Positions 52,789 to 64,000 of a stretch of 64,000 nucleotides of DNA are shown piece after piece (within the stretch, counting starts at the first letter, position 1; the number at the start of each line of letters is the position of its first letter). Source of the DNA: Phoronis australis (taxonomy: Eukaryota > Animalia > Phoronida); NCBI GenBank assembly GCA_002633005.1, contig NMRA01000185.1, positions 531,399-595,398 of the forward strand. Direction: 5' to 3'. The position numbers were made by a program, and so were the translations under genes. The notes below the pieces were generated by a model. That model was not told where the DNA came from. It saw only the letters and a list, made by a program, of their open reading frames with translations, and did no database searches.

Positions 52789-55700
52789 CTGCACTGCACA
52801 ATTTTCAAACCAGAGACTTTCACCTGATGATTTCAAATTCATTTATGTTAAAATAAAATCTCATCTCTGTCAGACAAAAATAATTGCCAAAAACGTTTTA
52901 AAAAAATTCCCAAGGGCTTGTTACATCATTGTGAATAGCCACAATTTTTTAAAACTTTGTCAGATGATAGCGATATATATATACATATACATTGCAAGAG
53001 TTCTGATTCCCATTGTACCATACGTGCACAGGCCCCTCTATGTGGGCCCGTTGCACTGATCACATGGAACCATTTTATGCTTTATTAATTTATAGTTAAA
53101 ACCCGAGCTGAAGAGCCAGAGACCTGACTCAAGGGTCTAACAGAGTGCCCCAGTGAGACTTAAACCTAAGACCTTTAGTAAAGGAAGCGATCACCTATCC
53201 CACTAGTACAGGCGAGCTCCTCTAGATGATAGCTATGGTACAAAACTTGAATATGGAAGCATATGTAAAAAACAATACAATACCAGGCCTTTCCATAGAT
53301 AAGCCCATGGCTATGTGTTCAGAAAATGAAAATTTTCAGGCATTTTAGTAACACCAAATAAACACACGGACGTTTATTGAGAAAAGGGGACGTGTAAACG
53401 GAAAGTCATAATTTTGATTAAGCGGTTTCCTGAATTTGACATTTTTTGCTTTTAACTGTGTTTTTAAATTTCATGTTAATAAATGCATAGTTCGCCAACA
53501 CTTTGTTTAGTAATGATAAATGCTCCACAAAACTGAATTTGTGACTAAAAGTTGACGCTGAGTGGGCTTTTACGAGGAAATTTTCCCAATAAACGCCCCA
53601 ATATCTGGACACTTTACACTAGAACTTGTAACACCAAACAAATGCCCATGGGCGTTTATTCGGCATAATTTTCCACCCATATAGGCATCTCATCCTGTGG
53701 GCTCATCTACAGAAAATCTCACAGCAATTTTCCTAGTCAGTCACATTGTGTTTTAAATTAATAAGATTTTCCAATAAATGAATTAATAATCAAGTCAGAG
53801 GCTCCTTTCGTCAGTCAACAAAACTCTTACATGGCTAAACATGTCAACTGCAAAAACAAACAACAATAAGAACATCCCACTTCAGAGATTGCAGGAAGTC
53901 ATGTAGCATATCAAACAAATAAACAGACCTAACCATAGCTTTATTGTGGCTTGCTGTGGACAGACAATAACATTGACTCAAGATAAAGATTGCTGGTCAA
54001 GTGTGCCTCAACCCAAGTGCTTCACATATGGTGGATGGAGGAATGGGCCACCATGAATGTCTTTGAACCTCAGTTCATTGCCCTTTGGCGTCTTCACCTC
54101 AGGCTCTGTAAAATGCTCCCCCAGAAAGGATAGGAGGTTTTCAGTCACACAATTGCTTCCCAAGAGGTCAGCTATGCTGATGCCCTTGGAAAAATGTCCA
54201 CTAGAGGCAGAAGTCATGACCTCTTGACCTTCCAGCAGTAAGCTGTCATTGAACCCAAAACATGTCTACTACACACATCATTGTTCTTGACAACCTTTTT
54301 GTTTAAAGTTTTAGCATGTCATTTAAAGCTGCATTTCAACCAGTTAGCTGGCTAAAAACAAGATTGAAATGGATAAAATGGTTAATTGCTACGAGAGTAT
54401 TCCATGGCCGTTACTCACAAGAACATCGAAATTATAAGCGACCAGAGAACAGTATAGGGATTTGACGAGATTTTAAATTTGCAGTACAAGGCATTTGGCA
54501 CTGGACCCTTCCCTTGGAGCATTTTTGCACATATCTGCAACCTACAAAATATGGAATCGCAGTGCCAAATGCATGGTGATACTATATTGAGTAACTGGCA
54601 TGTTCAGTGATGTAAAGGGCTTCTTTTATCTTTAGTTCTTGACAGATGTATAACTGTCTTCACCCCGTTTCAAACCCTGCAGGTGTTTAACAATATTTGA
54701 GCTTGCATCCCTTCTATGGTTACCTCTGCGTATACCTAAGACTGTGGCTCAACATTTTGTAGTTAGCCTTGCTTATGTAGATTTTCTCAATTAAAATATG
54801 CACTCAAATTCAACACGACTAACAGTCTACACCACTGCAGGATAGTCCAGCAGTTTAGGCATAGGCAAACTATTTATCAGAAAATCCAGCAACAGTTGCA
54901 ATAACCCAGGCCTATCCTTCGAGGGCGTACCAATGAGGAAGGTCTTTCCTTTTCACATAGCTTAAGCACAGATCACAGGCTACGTCACAAACAAGGAAGA
55001 CTTGTATTAAAAAAACCTTGATCGTTGGGTAATCAGTAAGTTCACATAAATAATCAAAACATCAAGGAAGTTATCAATATCTATCAAAACAAGAGCAAAG
55101 GCATGCTATTTTTAAAACTGCCAACAGTATTTGTCAACAATATCCTTGTCTTTTTTAATTCACTGTTGCACATTTGAGTAATAATATTGCCAAGTGACCA
55201 TATGAAAGCTATTTCCTTGAGCATAAACATTGAAAATTCTAAATGATTAAAGTCAGGAAGACATGTCTTTTTGCTTAAGTTCATATGAAATTTTGCCAAA
55301 AAAAACAATGCTTGAGTGAGCTACAAAAAAATCTTTCCGGCAGTATTACCTGAAGTTTTGCACTGACACTAAGCCTATCTCACTAAACGTAAATATCCTT
55401 CATGTGGTTTCCAGCAAAGTAATGATAATAAACAACACCATTGGTCCAAGTTTTGTGGGGCATTAGAAGTCTGTTAATCTATTTCTTCAGTAACAGAACC
55501 ACTTGGCTCTTAAACACTCTAACACCTTTCTTGCAAAAACAGTATCATTGAGTACAATATTCAATCTCATACAGACACTAGGTGTCGCCACTTCACAGAG
55601 AATGGTTCTATCTCCAAAGGAATAGAATTGAAATCAACTGCACAAGACAAACAAAGCACACTAATATCTCACATTTCAAATTATTTTATCGGACGAATTC

Positions 55701-57809
55701 CACAAAATTTAAAGATATCTCAAACCTTATTCACAAAAATTGGCTATTTTTATAATTAATATTTCACATATTATGTCCAGCAAAACACCTTATCTTCATT
55801 CATGGGGAAGTTCGCATATGAAACATTTACCTGTAACTTAAGAGATTTAGCAGAACCTCAGAAATTTGTTTACTATGGTAATAATCCGGGGTCAAAGGTT
55901 ACAGGGTTGTCACTCAAAATGAGTCTCCCACCAGACAGCTCCGTATTTACGCTCAGTCCTTTCGTTCACCAAGTCGCCATTAAAATACTGAGTCAACAAG
56001 GTGTACATTTGAAAGAAAGATGTCGGGGAAATGAAGACAAAACATAGTTTTGATCCTGAGGGAGTTGTGCATCTGCATGCATACAAATGTTGAGAATGAA
56101 TGCTAAGTCCCAGTCACTGCACGCCTCAGTGACTTTGTGATCACCAACACAGCAAGATGTGAAAGATAATAATACATATGGCCACAGAACCAAAGTATAA
56201 CATACACAAGACATTACACTGTCAGGTGCGTTACAAACTGGATAGTAAATTATATATAAAACACATTCAAATTAATTATTCATAGATGTTATATATGGTG
56301 CTCAGCCATCGTGGCGACGGCCCCGGACATCCACACAGGGGGAGGGGCTATCCAACCATTATGTATAATCTTTTTGGAAATCGTGACTGATCTGCAGTTG
56401 AATCAAATAATGATTCTAGTTTATATTTCACCTTTTTACTTTCATTATTAATAGCTACAGCCAGTGGGGTTTGGGGGTTCGATCCGCTGCTGAAAAGGTC
56501 CAGCCCCGGCATATTCGTTAACATGTGGAGACTTCTTTTGCTTACACAGATTCCCTAAGCCCCAGACAACTTTTAGGATGCCTATTCAGCAGGCCCTTTG
56601 TATTGAAGTAGATCTGAGCTAATGAAGTGGACAGGTAATTGCTAGCATTACTGTCTAAACAATGGTTGTTGTTATTACCCCCAATTTGGTTTCCTCTGAC
56701 ATTTGCAGAGTTAAAGCCTTCAACTCTGGAGAGTAGTTTTAACTTGGTACATTATAAATATTACAAAATGACTAAAAAGGTTTACTTGTATTTATCTTCA
56801 CAAAGGGTTACTTCCCAAAGTCACGATAACTTCCATATTGGTTTTCTTTACTTAATTTTTAATGCTTCTGCCCACTTATGTTTTTTTTTCTTGCCGGGAA
56901 AGGGTTGATAATTTTTTATCTAAGTTTTAAACTTGAAGTACCAAAACAGTGGTAGATTTTGATGGCCAGCTAAACTTGATTAGTTAGGTTAATTGTGAGA
57001 ACATCCCTAAACTTACCACACTACAGGTACACTAAACAATTTTCACGTGTCATTAAAGTTTAATCTTTATTAGAACTCAAATCATAAAATATAGACAAAA
57101 GTGCAAATATGGTGATAACCAAACTTAAGATTTGGAATCTCTGGACAATTTCGGAGGCACTGACTATATAACTATTCTAGTTCTTTGTCAGTAATAAAAA
57201 ATGAAAAGTGTTCACAACAACTGTTTCCTGGTCAAAAATCTGGTTAAACGAGATTGAAAGAATATTAAACAAGAGCAACGCAGAGCGTTGAAATGTGCCC
57301 ACGAATGCATTGCAAATGGTGTGCTTTTAGGGTTGCTTATTTGTGTCATAAAAACAGCCACTAGACGGCGCAAAAACATACAATCCTGGCTCCCCTGACC
57401 ACACCCACCAGAGCGAACCTGCCAGACGGCCATTTCCAAGCATGAGGATACCCATAGACCACTGTGGTACCAAAGAAAATTAGTTACCTTTTCACGCCCA
57501 AAGAAGTTCTGGGATCCGGGTCTAGAAGTTTCCTTACGAAACTCGTCCAATTATAAGAAAATTTATGATCAGGTCCGACTAAAAAAGCATACCATAGGCT
57601 GCCTTTACCCAATTACCAGGCATCCCCAGTGTTTTGAACTAGTATTTTATACAGGATACAAAATATTTAGTAAACAATGGGAATCGACCAGATTCTCCCA
57701 TAATTGCCGAGTTTGAAAAACAACTGTCTACTCCTAAAATGCGTTTACGAAACTAGTTACATACATTTTCCACTTGTTCATATTCCTTAAAGCCCCATTC
57801 AGTGCCATA

Positions 57810-58098
57810 CAGTGTTCTCCACAACAGAAAATTCAAACTCGTCTTGAATTTCAAATTTCATGTACATGTGCTCAAAAACAATGTTTGTACTGTTGGGATT
57901 TTGCGTGTTAAGTCTTCAAATAAATACACTGAATTGGTAACAAAAGTACAGCATGTCCTAATTTGCTGGGAAATAGCTCTCCCAGTATTTCGAACTCTTT
58001 GCACAGGTTTTTAAACTTGACGCAAGTGAGCCAAACTTGTCACGGCAAAATTTAAACTCGACGCAGTGACGATTCAAAACAGATTGTGGAGAACACTG
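57810..58098. mobile_element. MITE (289 bp) with perfect 15-bp TIRs
   Basis: CAGTGTTCTCCACAA ... TTGTGGAGAACACTG. CCATA directly flanks both ends (57805-57809, 58099-58103). Confidence 0.8.
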
Positions 58099-58176
58099 CC
58101 ATATCACAAAGAGGGGTAAACGATTTTATCAAATAGGTGAAAGGCTATCGACGGAGATAGATCACGACACCCTCAC

Positions 58177-58330
58177 CCAAATTCATTAATTTGATACGTA
58201 ATTTGGCATTTCGCTGTTTTGACCTCATGCTCACATTGCGCTTAACCTCTAACTGGATTTCTATTGTCCATTTGTACTTGGTTTCAAATCAGTTTCCAGG
58301 TGCATTGTGTGTACAACAATGAATTGTAGA
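58177..58330 (-). other. Candidate first (5' UTR) exon of the minus-strand gene
   Basis: Donor TGG|GTGAGG at 58175-58176. The A/C-rich + strand skew seen across 12-58 kb appears to fade near here. The 5' boundary is a guess. Confidence 0.25.
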
Positions 58331-58475
58331 CCTGCTTTAAAGTAGGTCAACAGCTGAACCCACCCTGACCGGCAACAGTCACAAAATTATAACGTTTTAG
58401 TGATAATTAAGTCAATTACGAAGTGCACATACACTTGACATTGCGAATGAATGTTGAAATAGCGAACACGATTAA

Positions 58476-60113
58476 AGGAGCATGCCACCCAAAAAACAAC
58501 CTAATTTGTATCAATTTAGATCGAGTAGTTCTACTCCATAACGACATGTACGGTTGCGTTACCCGACACCTGACGGCAGACTGAGGTGTTGAAATTATCG
58601 AATGACGTCATCGGTTTCACACGCAGTCTGTTCAGCAGTTCCCAACACGGGTTACTGGTGTCATCGTTTAGCACCAATAAATCATCAAACTTCGATGTAA
58701 AACCTTTAAAAATACATCGATTTCTTATAAAAACGTGTTGTTTTATTTCGCTCTTACGGATTTATTGGTATTTGGACACACCATACCCTACAAAGTTCGG
58801 CAGACCAATAAACGGCATAGCAGGAGTTTGGGGTCTGTTCGGAGATAATTTCAAAGTATTTTCCGTGAGATACAGACAGGAGAACCTAGATCTGTGTTGT
58901 TTAGACTTGTGATTTTTTGAGTTCTAAACACAAAATGCTTGTTATCCTGGCCGGCAGTGGCTCGGAGCCCGATCAGGCCCGTCGCGGCATGCCGGATTGA
59001 CTTGTTATCCCGGCCAGTGGCTCGGAAACTGATCAGACATCATGAACATAAACCAGCCAAAGTTCAGTGGAAACCAAACTTCCAGTCAAGAAAATACTAT
59101 ATTAGTGAGCCAAAGTAATGTGCACCTGATTATGTTTGTGAATTAGCCACGAAACTGCAAATCTCAGGGGGCCGCGAATTTAGATTCCTCCGGCCACAGC
59201 ACCGTCAGGGCAGAAGTTGTACATTGACAATCATTATTTGAGTAATGTAAATGTAAATAAAGATTCCCCTAACACCTGGCTGTGGGATGGAAATCGAGTT
59301 GTTTCACAACAGTTTCTGCCAGCAAACACTAAATTAGCATGAGCTCACATGGCCTCGGTGTCCCGTCAACTATGATTAGTTTTTTTGCACCTAAAGCCGG
59401 TAACGCAGTGATTTATTCATTGCTGGCTTCTCAAATCATTTGCACTCATGAACACTCCAAAGGCATAACAAATTGCATCTAATGAGACAGACTTTGTTTC
59501 AGTTTTATATAAGTATTGGTTAGGGTGAGAATAATTCATTTTGAAACAGAACGCTCCAGTAATAAACACCAATGAACATGGCAACTCGCACTCCCGACTT
59601 AGGACGAGTTAGAGCTCATCAGTCCCGACTTCGCAGGTAAATCGTTAAGTTTTACAGGCTATCGATTCGAACAGGAATACAGTGATGAAGAAATATACTA
59701 GAGAGGCGCCGTGATTAAGCTCAGACAACGGAAAGTATGGAGTTATTTGGTAAGCAGGCCACAGACACGGAGATGATTCACGGCCTCATACTTGCTATTT
59801 ACAGCGTACATTTCTTTCTTCACTACCATGAGCAACTTCCTAAGCATTTCGGACTCTCGAGGAAGTAAAAAAAAAAACGATATACCCGCTTTCCTTGCAG
59901 CTGCTTAGTTCGGACAAGCGGGAATGATGCACCGCAACATAGCGGCATTCACTCTGCATATGACCCATTGACGTCGCCTGCGTCGTTTCTCACCTTCCTC
60001 ACAGGTTAACGCGACACCTCTTGGCAAGGTAAGGTCGACCGTATGCGAGGCGAAGTGGATATAGACCGATTAAGACGGCAAAAAAGACTAATTAAATCGG
60101 GTGGCATTCTCCT
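58476..60113. mobile_element. Kolobok-like non-autonomous element (1.64 kb)
   Basis: TTAA|AGGAGCATGCCACCC ... GGGTGGCATTCTCCT|TTAA (14/15 TIR match, TTAA TSD, AGG start). CpG-rich interior with a short direct duplication at 58938-58976 / 59001-59036. Confidence 0.82.
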
Positions 60114-63059
60114 TTAAGGCATGTATAGATTATATTGACCGAAAACAAGTTTTCCCCGAATAGTTAACAGAAGGCCTTGAGATTTTCACATTTCGAAACT
60201 TAATTGGCTTTTTCTCGCGACTGCTATTTTTTACCAAATACCTTACATTTTGTGAGTTAATTTGTCATAGAAACTAGACTAAAAGACTAATCGAAAATTC
60301 CTTACAGCCTTTTTGAGGTAACTGGCGAAGATTTCCTTTTAAAAAGGTTTCATTAAAATCACTTACTAAAAAGCATAAAAGTCCGGCGAGTCAGACGTTT
60401 CTGTCCCCCCCACCTCTCTCTCTAAGGGCCTAATTCACGGATTGGATTTCCCATGACAGGTTGCTTTTTAGTAAGTGATTTAGCCATTTAACATCGTATC
60501 TCCCTCAAGCAATGAAAAGCCTTTTCCATCGCTTCATTAAAATCAACCGAGGGGTTATTTTGTTATGAACGATCTTTCCTTAAAAACGAAATTTTGACTT
60601 AACAAAGGTGTTAACATAATAATAATAATGGCACATAGATATAAAATATATTTTTTTATAATCCCTGATCTTTTTCTTTCAGAAAATGTGTTACTTTTGC
60701 TGGTAGACAAAACTTGAGATAACCTTAAGTCAAGTATTTAGCCAATGTTTCAAATGAGACCCACGCCAAATGATATAGTATGTATGTCACAAACTATACT
60801 TTAACTTGCGAGATACATGCGACGGGCGTAAGCGCGTCACATGATTATCGCCTATGGGGAACTACCATTGTTTTCCTTTGTTGAGTCTTTGTTTGATACA
60901 ACTATGGAGGTCGCACGGATAGGATATCGTACCTTGGGAGCACATCAGCCGGTTACCGATAAATACGTACCGTTATCTTAATAATAAGAAAAACAATAGA
61001 AAGTGAACAATGGAAACGCCTATCTACTGGTCTCTATGTGACGAGCTTGTGACCTAGTTTCCTGACAGGATTATATTTTCTCATGCCATGTCGTTTCAGA
61101 TATTTCATTTTGAACATTGACATCAAATGAATTGGGCAATGTTATTGATACCGTTGTTTTACCATCAATGTATCTTTCTTTTCTTGCTAAATTTCACTAA
61201 AAAGACATTCCCACATGACCCAATCAATGACAGATTGATAAAAAACAAACACCAAATTCCACAAGATTTCTATTTTCAGAAATTATACACTTTTGCCGAC
61301 TTAAAATTTATAGTTCTGTAGATATTTGGCTAAAAACACAAGCTTGTCAATGATAAGATCATATACATAACCATATATAATTCAACTTCTGCTGGCCTTT
61401 ACCATGTCTGCTATTACATTCACTTCACATCTGCTACGCTCACTACACGTCTGCTATATTCACTGCACGTCTGACACATTTACTGCAAGATGGGTGTCCT
61501 GCTTGATCACAGACAGTGCGCCATTTATCTTCTTACCGTTTAGCAAAATTCTCAACCAGGCGACAAAGAAAGATGAAACAGTAAATCCAATTTCTAAGGA
61601 GTCACAAGATGGTGTGAACATGTCTGAGGACACCGAAGAATAGAGTATAAATTATTTAGCCACAGCAACCATGATGGCAGTAGTTTATCCTAGAAAATGC
61701 CATCATCACTTGAAAATCTGACACGACATTTTGTCAGCTTTGCATTTGACCAGATAGTCAATTTCATCAGGCAGGCACCAAGGGCCATCTCTACTCTTTT
61801 TTATGACATTAGAGTTTGGCGAGAAGTGACCCTAATTTTTTGCAGCTCAGCAGATTGCGTACCATCAAATGGCTTTGATCAACCAAAGGCAATGTCAAAC
61901 CCAATGCAGCCTCTCAGAGGCTCATTCTGAATACTATGCTATCACAGCATGCAAATGTTTATTGGATAGCTGTGGATAAAAACTTGGAATCTTCTAAAAA
62001 TAAACATCCAACTCAGCAGTCTCTTTTGCCTTTCATCCAAAAAAATCTAAAAATAAAAATTTAACGTCTTTTTCTTTCATGAAATGAGATAAAATGAAGC
62101 AAAATGGAATGAAGACTGGTTTCTTTCTGAAGACTGGTTTCCTTCTGAAGACAGGTTAAAATACGTAATATATGTACTGCTGAACCAGCACTGATTGAGA
62201 GAACAAAGGGAAAGAGGTGCAGTCCTCTCACAGTTCATTTCATCCCCGTATGAACGTGCGTGTTTTGGAAGCTGGCGGTGTTTTACCTCCCAGTCAGTCA
62301 ATAGGAAAACATAAATTTTTTAACTCGCAGCAATGCATGCGCACCAGCTAAAAACCCGTTGTGAATTGTAATCATTCTATTCAGCCCTGTTCTTGTGCAG
62401 TGAATGCCGGTACCCGGTGCCAGGATCGGAGTCATATATTCAAAGGTTAACAGTGAAAAGCTATGGAAAAATTGCATTCATTTGCAGCACCCTCAATCAT
62501 GTGTTGCATATACTGTGACTCAGTTGACCTACTTAAGGTTACCGCGCGCGTGGTGAAAAAGTTAACGGCAACCAAAAAAGTGGAGTTGGAATTCTTCGTC
62601 AGTCACCTTAATTCTCACATAACTTAACTTCATCGAAGATATGTATAGAAGTAAAAAGGACCAATGAAGAAAGTAAGTGCTTTTTTAAGTGATAATTTTA
62701 AGTGTGGAATGTATTTTTGACGAGGTGAAACCTCAAAATCGGTGGCCGGATTGGCCTACCTACGGTTTAAAATACATGTAACGAAATGTGTACAGAAAGC
62801 GAAGTATTGGCCAACCGAGGGGTTACGTGTTGCCAGGGGGGGGGCTATAGCTCCCCTACTTGTGTTCACTGCTGCGCTGCCCATGCATGGTCTCTGGATG
62901 GTGCGACACAGGGTCAGGGGGGGTTGGGGGCTATTAGCCCCCCATTTTTTTCAATACTGCTATTGGGTATAAATAAACTGCCAAAACCGCGATTCTGTCA
63001 CTTTATTTTTGTTCTAAATATGCTGCCTAGGCCATGTCTACAGTAATCATAGTATCTCA

Positions 63060-63136
63060 TTGCCAGGCCCCGGCCAAAAAACGAGCCACCAATCAGCAAA
63101 AAAGTTGTGACCTTGGCCGTGAGAAAACAAGTAAGT
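63060..63136 (+). promoter_or_regulatory. Probable QARS1 promoter / short non-coding first exon
   Basis: CCAATCAG box at ~63089. Consensus donor CAA|GTAAGT at 63131 pairs with the acceptor at 63512-63513, just upstream of the ATG. Confidence 0.5.
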
Positions 63137-63539
63137 TGCGCAAGTAACAGGATTGAACTTAATTAGGCTGTGGGATCTGGTTCAAACAAACATTTGGACA
63201 CCTTGAGATTAAGCTTCACAGGTGCCACGGTACAAAACCTACTGTTAACACAATTGTAAACATTTAACTTGTTATTGTTTGAGATTACTCACACGTGCCA
63301 GCGACTACAGCGACCTCTAAAAACAACTCATAGGCTTTCACAAAATAGTAATGCGGCGTGGCATAGATTGAATTTTTGTTGTTTGTACAATTTGTGAAAA
63401 TGATTCTAAATATAGCGAATAAGTATTGGAAGTATAAAATAGTAAAATTTTATCTACTCTGCATTTCAAAGTTGTTGCTGGTTTTCATTTTCAAATTTCT
63501 GTACATTTCCTAGCTTCACCTTTTTGAGTCCCTGCGAAG

Positions 63540-63653
63540 ATGGCTGACGAAAGAGTCGTGCTTTTTACCGGCATCGGTTTAACCGAACAAAAAGCGAAAG
63601 AAACTCTCAAAAATGAAGTTGTTTCTCAAAATCTGGAAGCTGCAATTCGTGAG
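63540..63653 (+). CDS. QARS1: Glutamine--tRNA ligase, first coding exon (gene continues beyond the window)
   Basis: MADERVVLFTGIGLTEQKAKETLKNEVVSQNLEAAIRE matches the eukaryotic GlnRS N-terminal signature LF..IGL.EQKA.ETLKN. Acceptor TTTCCTAG at 63506-63513; phase-0 donor GAG|GTGATA at 63654. Too short to appear in the ORF track. Confidence 0.93.
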
Positions 63654-63924
63654 GTGATACTTGGTCTTCTTTACTTTCTCATTTGTTTCATCTGTAACTA
63701 AAAATCAAACATGTACAAGTTTTAAATATAGAAATTGCAGGCAACACGTAGCCTCTCGACTCGACTGGCTACAGTTAGGCGACCTAATTATCGGACGTTT
63801 TGGCACATTTTGCATTTATTTATATTTAATTGAAAATACTGCGGATTGTGGTAAATTTTTTGCTGAAATAAGGACTTGCCTTTACGGAATTGTTCTGTTA
63901 CTATGTAGTAATAGCCGAGATCAC

Positions 63925-63990
63925 CTGACTCGGGGATCGAACCCGCAACCCCCATAAAACCGGCAAGCGTGCTAACCATTCAGCTAATAG
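63925..63990 (-). repeat. tRNA-derived SINE head (not an intact tRNA)
   Basis: Minus strand reads TAGCTGAATGGTTAGCACG...GCGGGTTCGATCCCC, giving Pol III A and B boxes. Anticodon and acceptor stems are not well formed. Confidence 0.6.
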
Positions 63991-64000
63991 GCAATTGCCC

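Noticed and set aside
52670-53059. 129-aa ORF
   Set aside because: Starts within the minisatellite and has no protein-like features.
54491-54572. 13-bp perfect inverted repeat containing the miR-96-family seed TTTGGCAC
   Set aside because: The stem is too short and the ~55-nt loop too large for a pre-miRNA.
55330-55350. miR-8/200-like sequence TAATACTGCCGGAAAGAT on the minus strand
   Set aside because: No complementary 5p arm to form a precursor hairpin.
63925-63990. Functional tRNA gene
   Set aside because: A and B boxes are present but the cloverleaf is incomplete; better explained as a SINE head.

Overview
AT-rich eukaryotic (animal) genomic DNA, probably a marine invertebrate; the taxon is inferred from the repeat types and cannot be proven here. 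Nearly all ORFs in the supplied track look spurious. The only recognisable gene is the first coding exon of glutaminyl-tRNA synthetase (QARS1) at the right edge (+ strand). Most of the window (~16.6-58.3 kb) appears to be one minus-strand, sparsely spliced transcription unit. Its only convincing ORF is an unrecognised 86-aa protein split over two exons, carrying an LxxIxE (PP2A-B56-type) motif, followed by non-coding exons and a long 3' UTR. The rest is mostly non-autonomous DNA transposons: hAT-like, Tc2/pogo-like (TA target), Kolobok-like (TTAA target) and small MITEs. There are also two minisatellites, a (CA)25 tract and decayed coding-like segments. The most unusual structure is a 2.9-kb TG...CA element with a 5-bp direct TSD and a Gypsy/Gmr1-type integrase remnant, whose ~580-bp LTR-like ends are inverted rather than direct. 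No CRISPR, rRNA, intact tRNA or known miRNA was found by eye.
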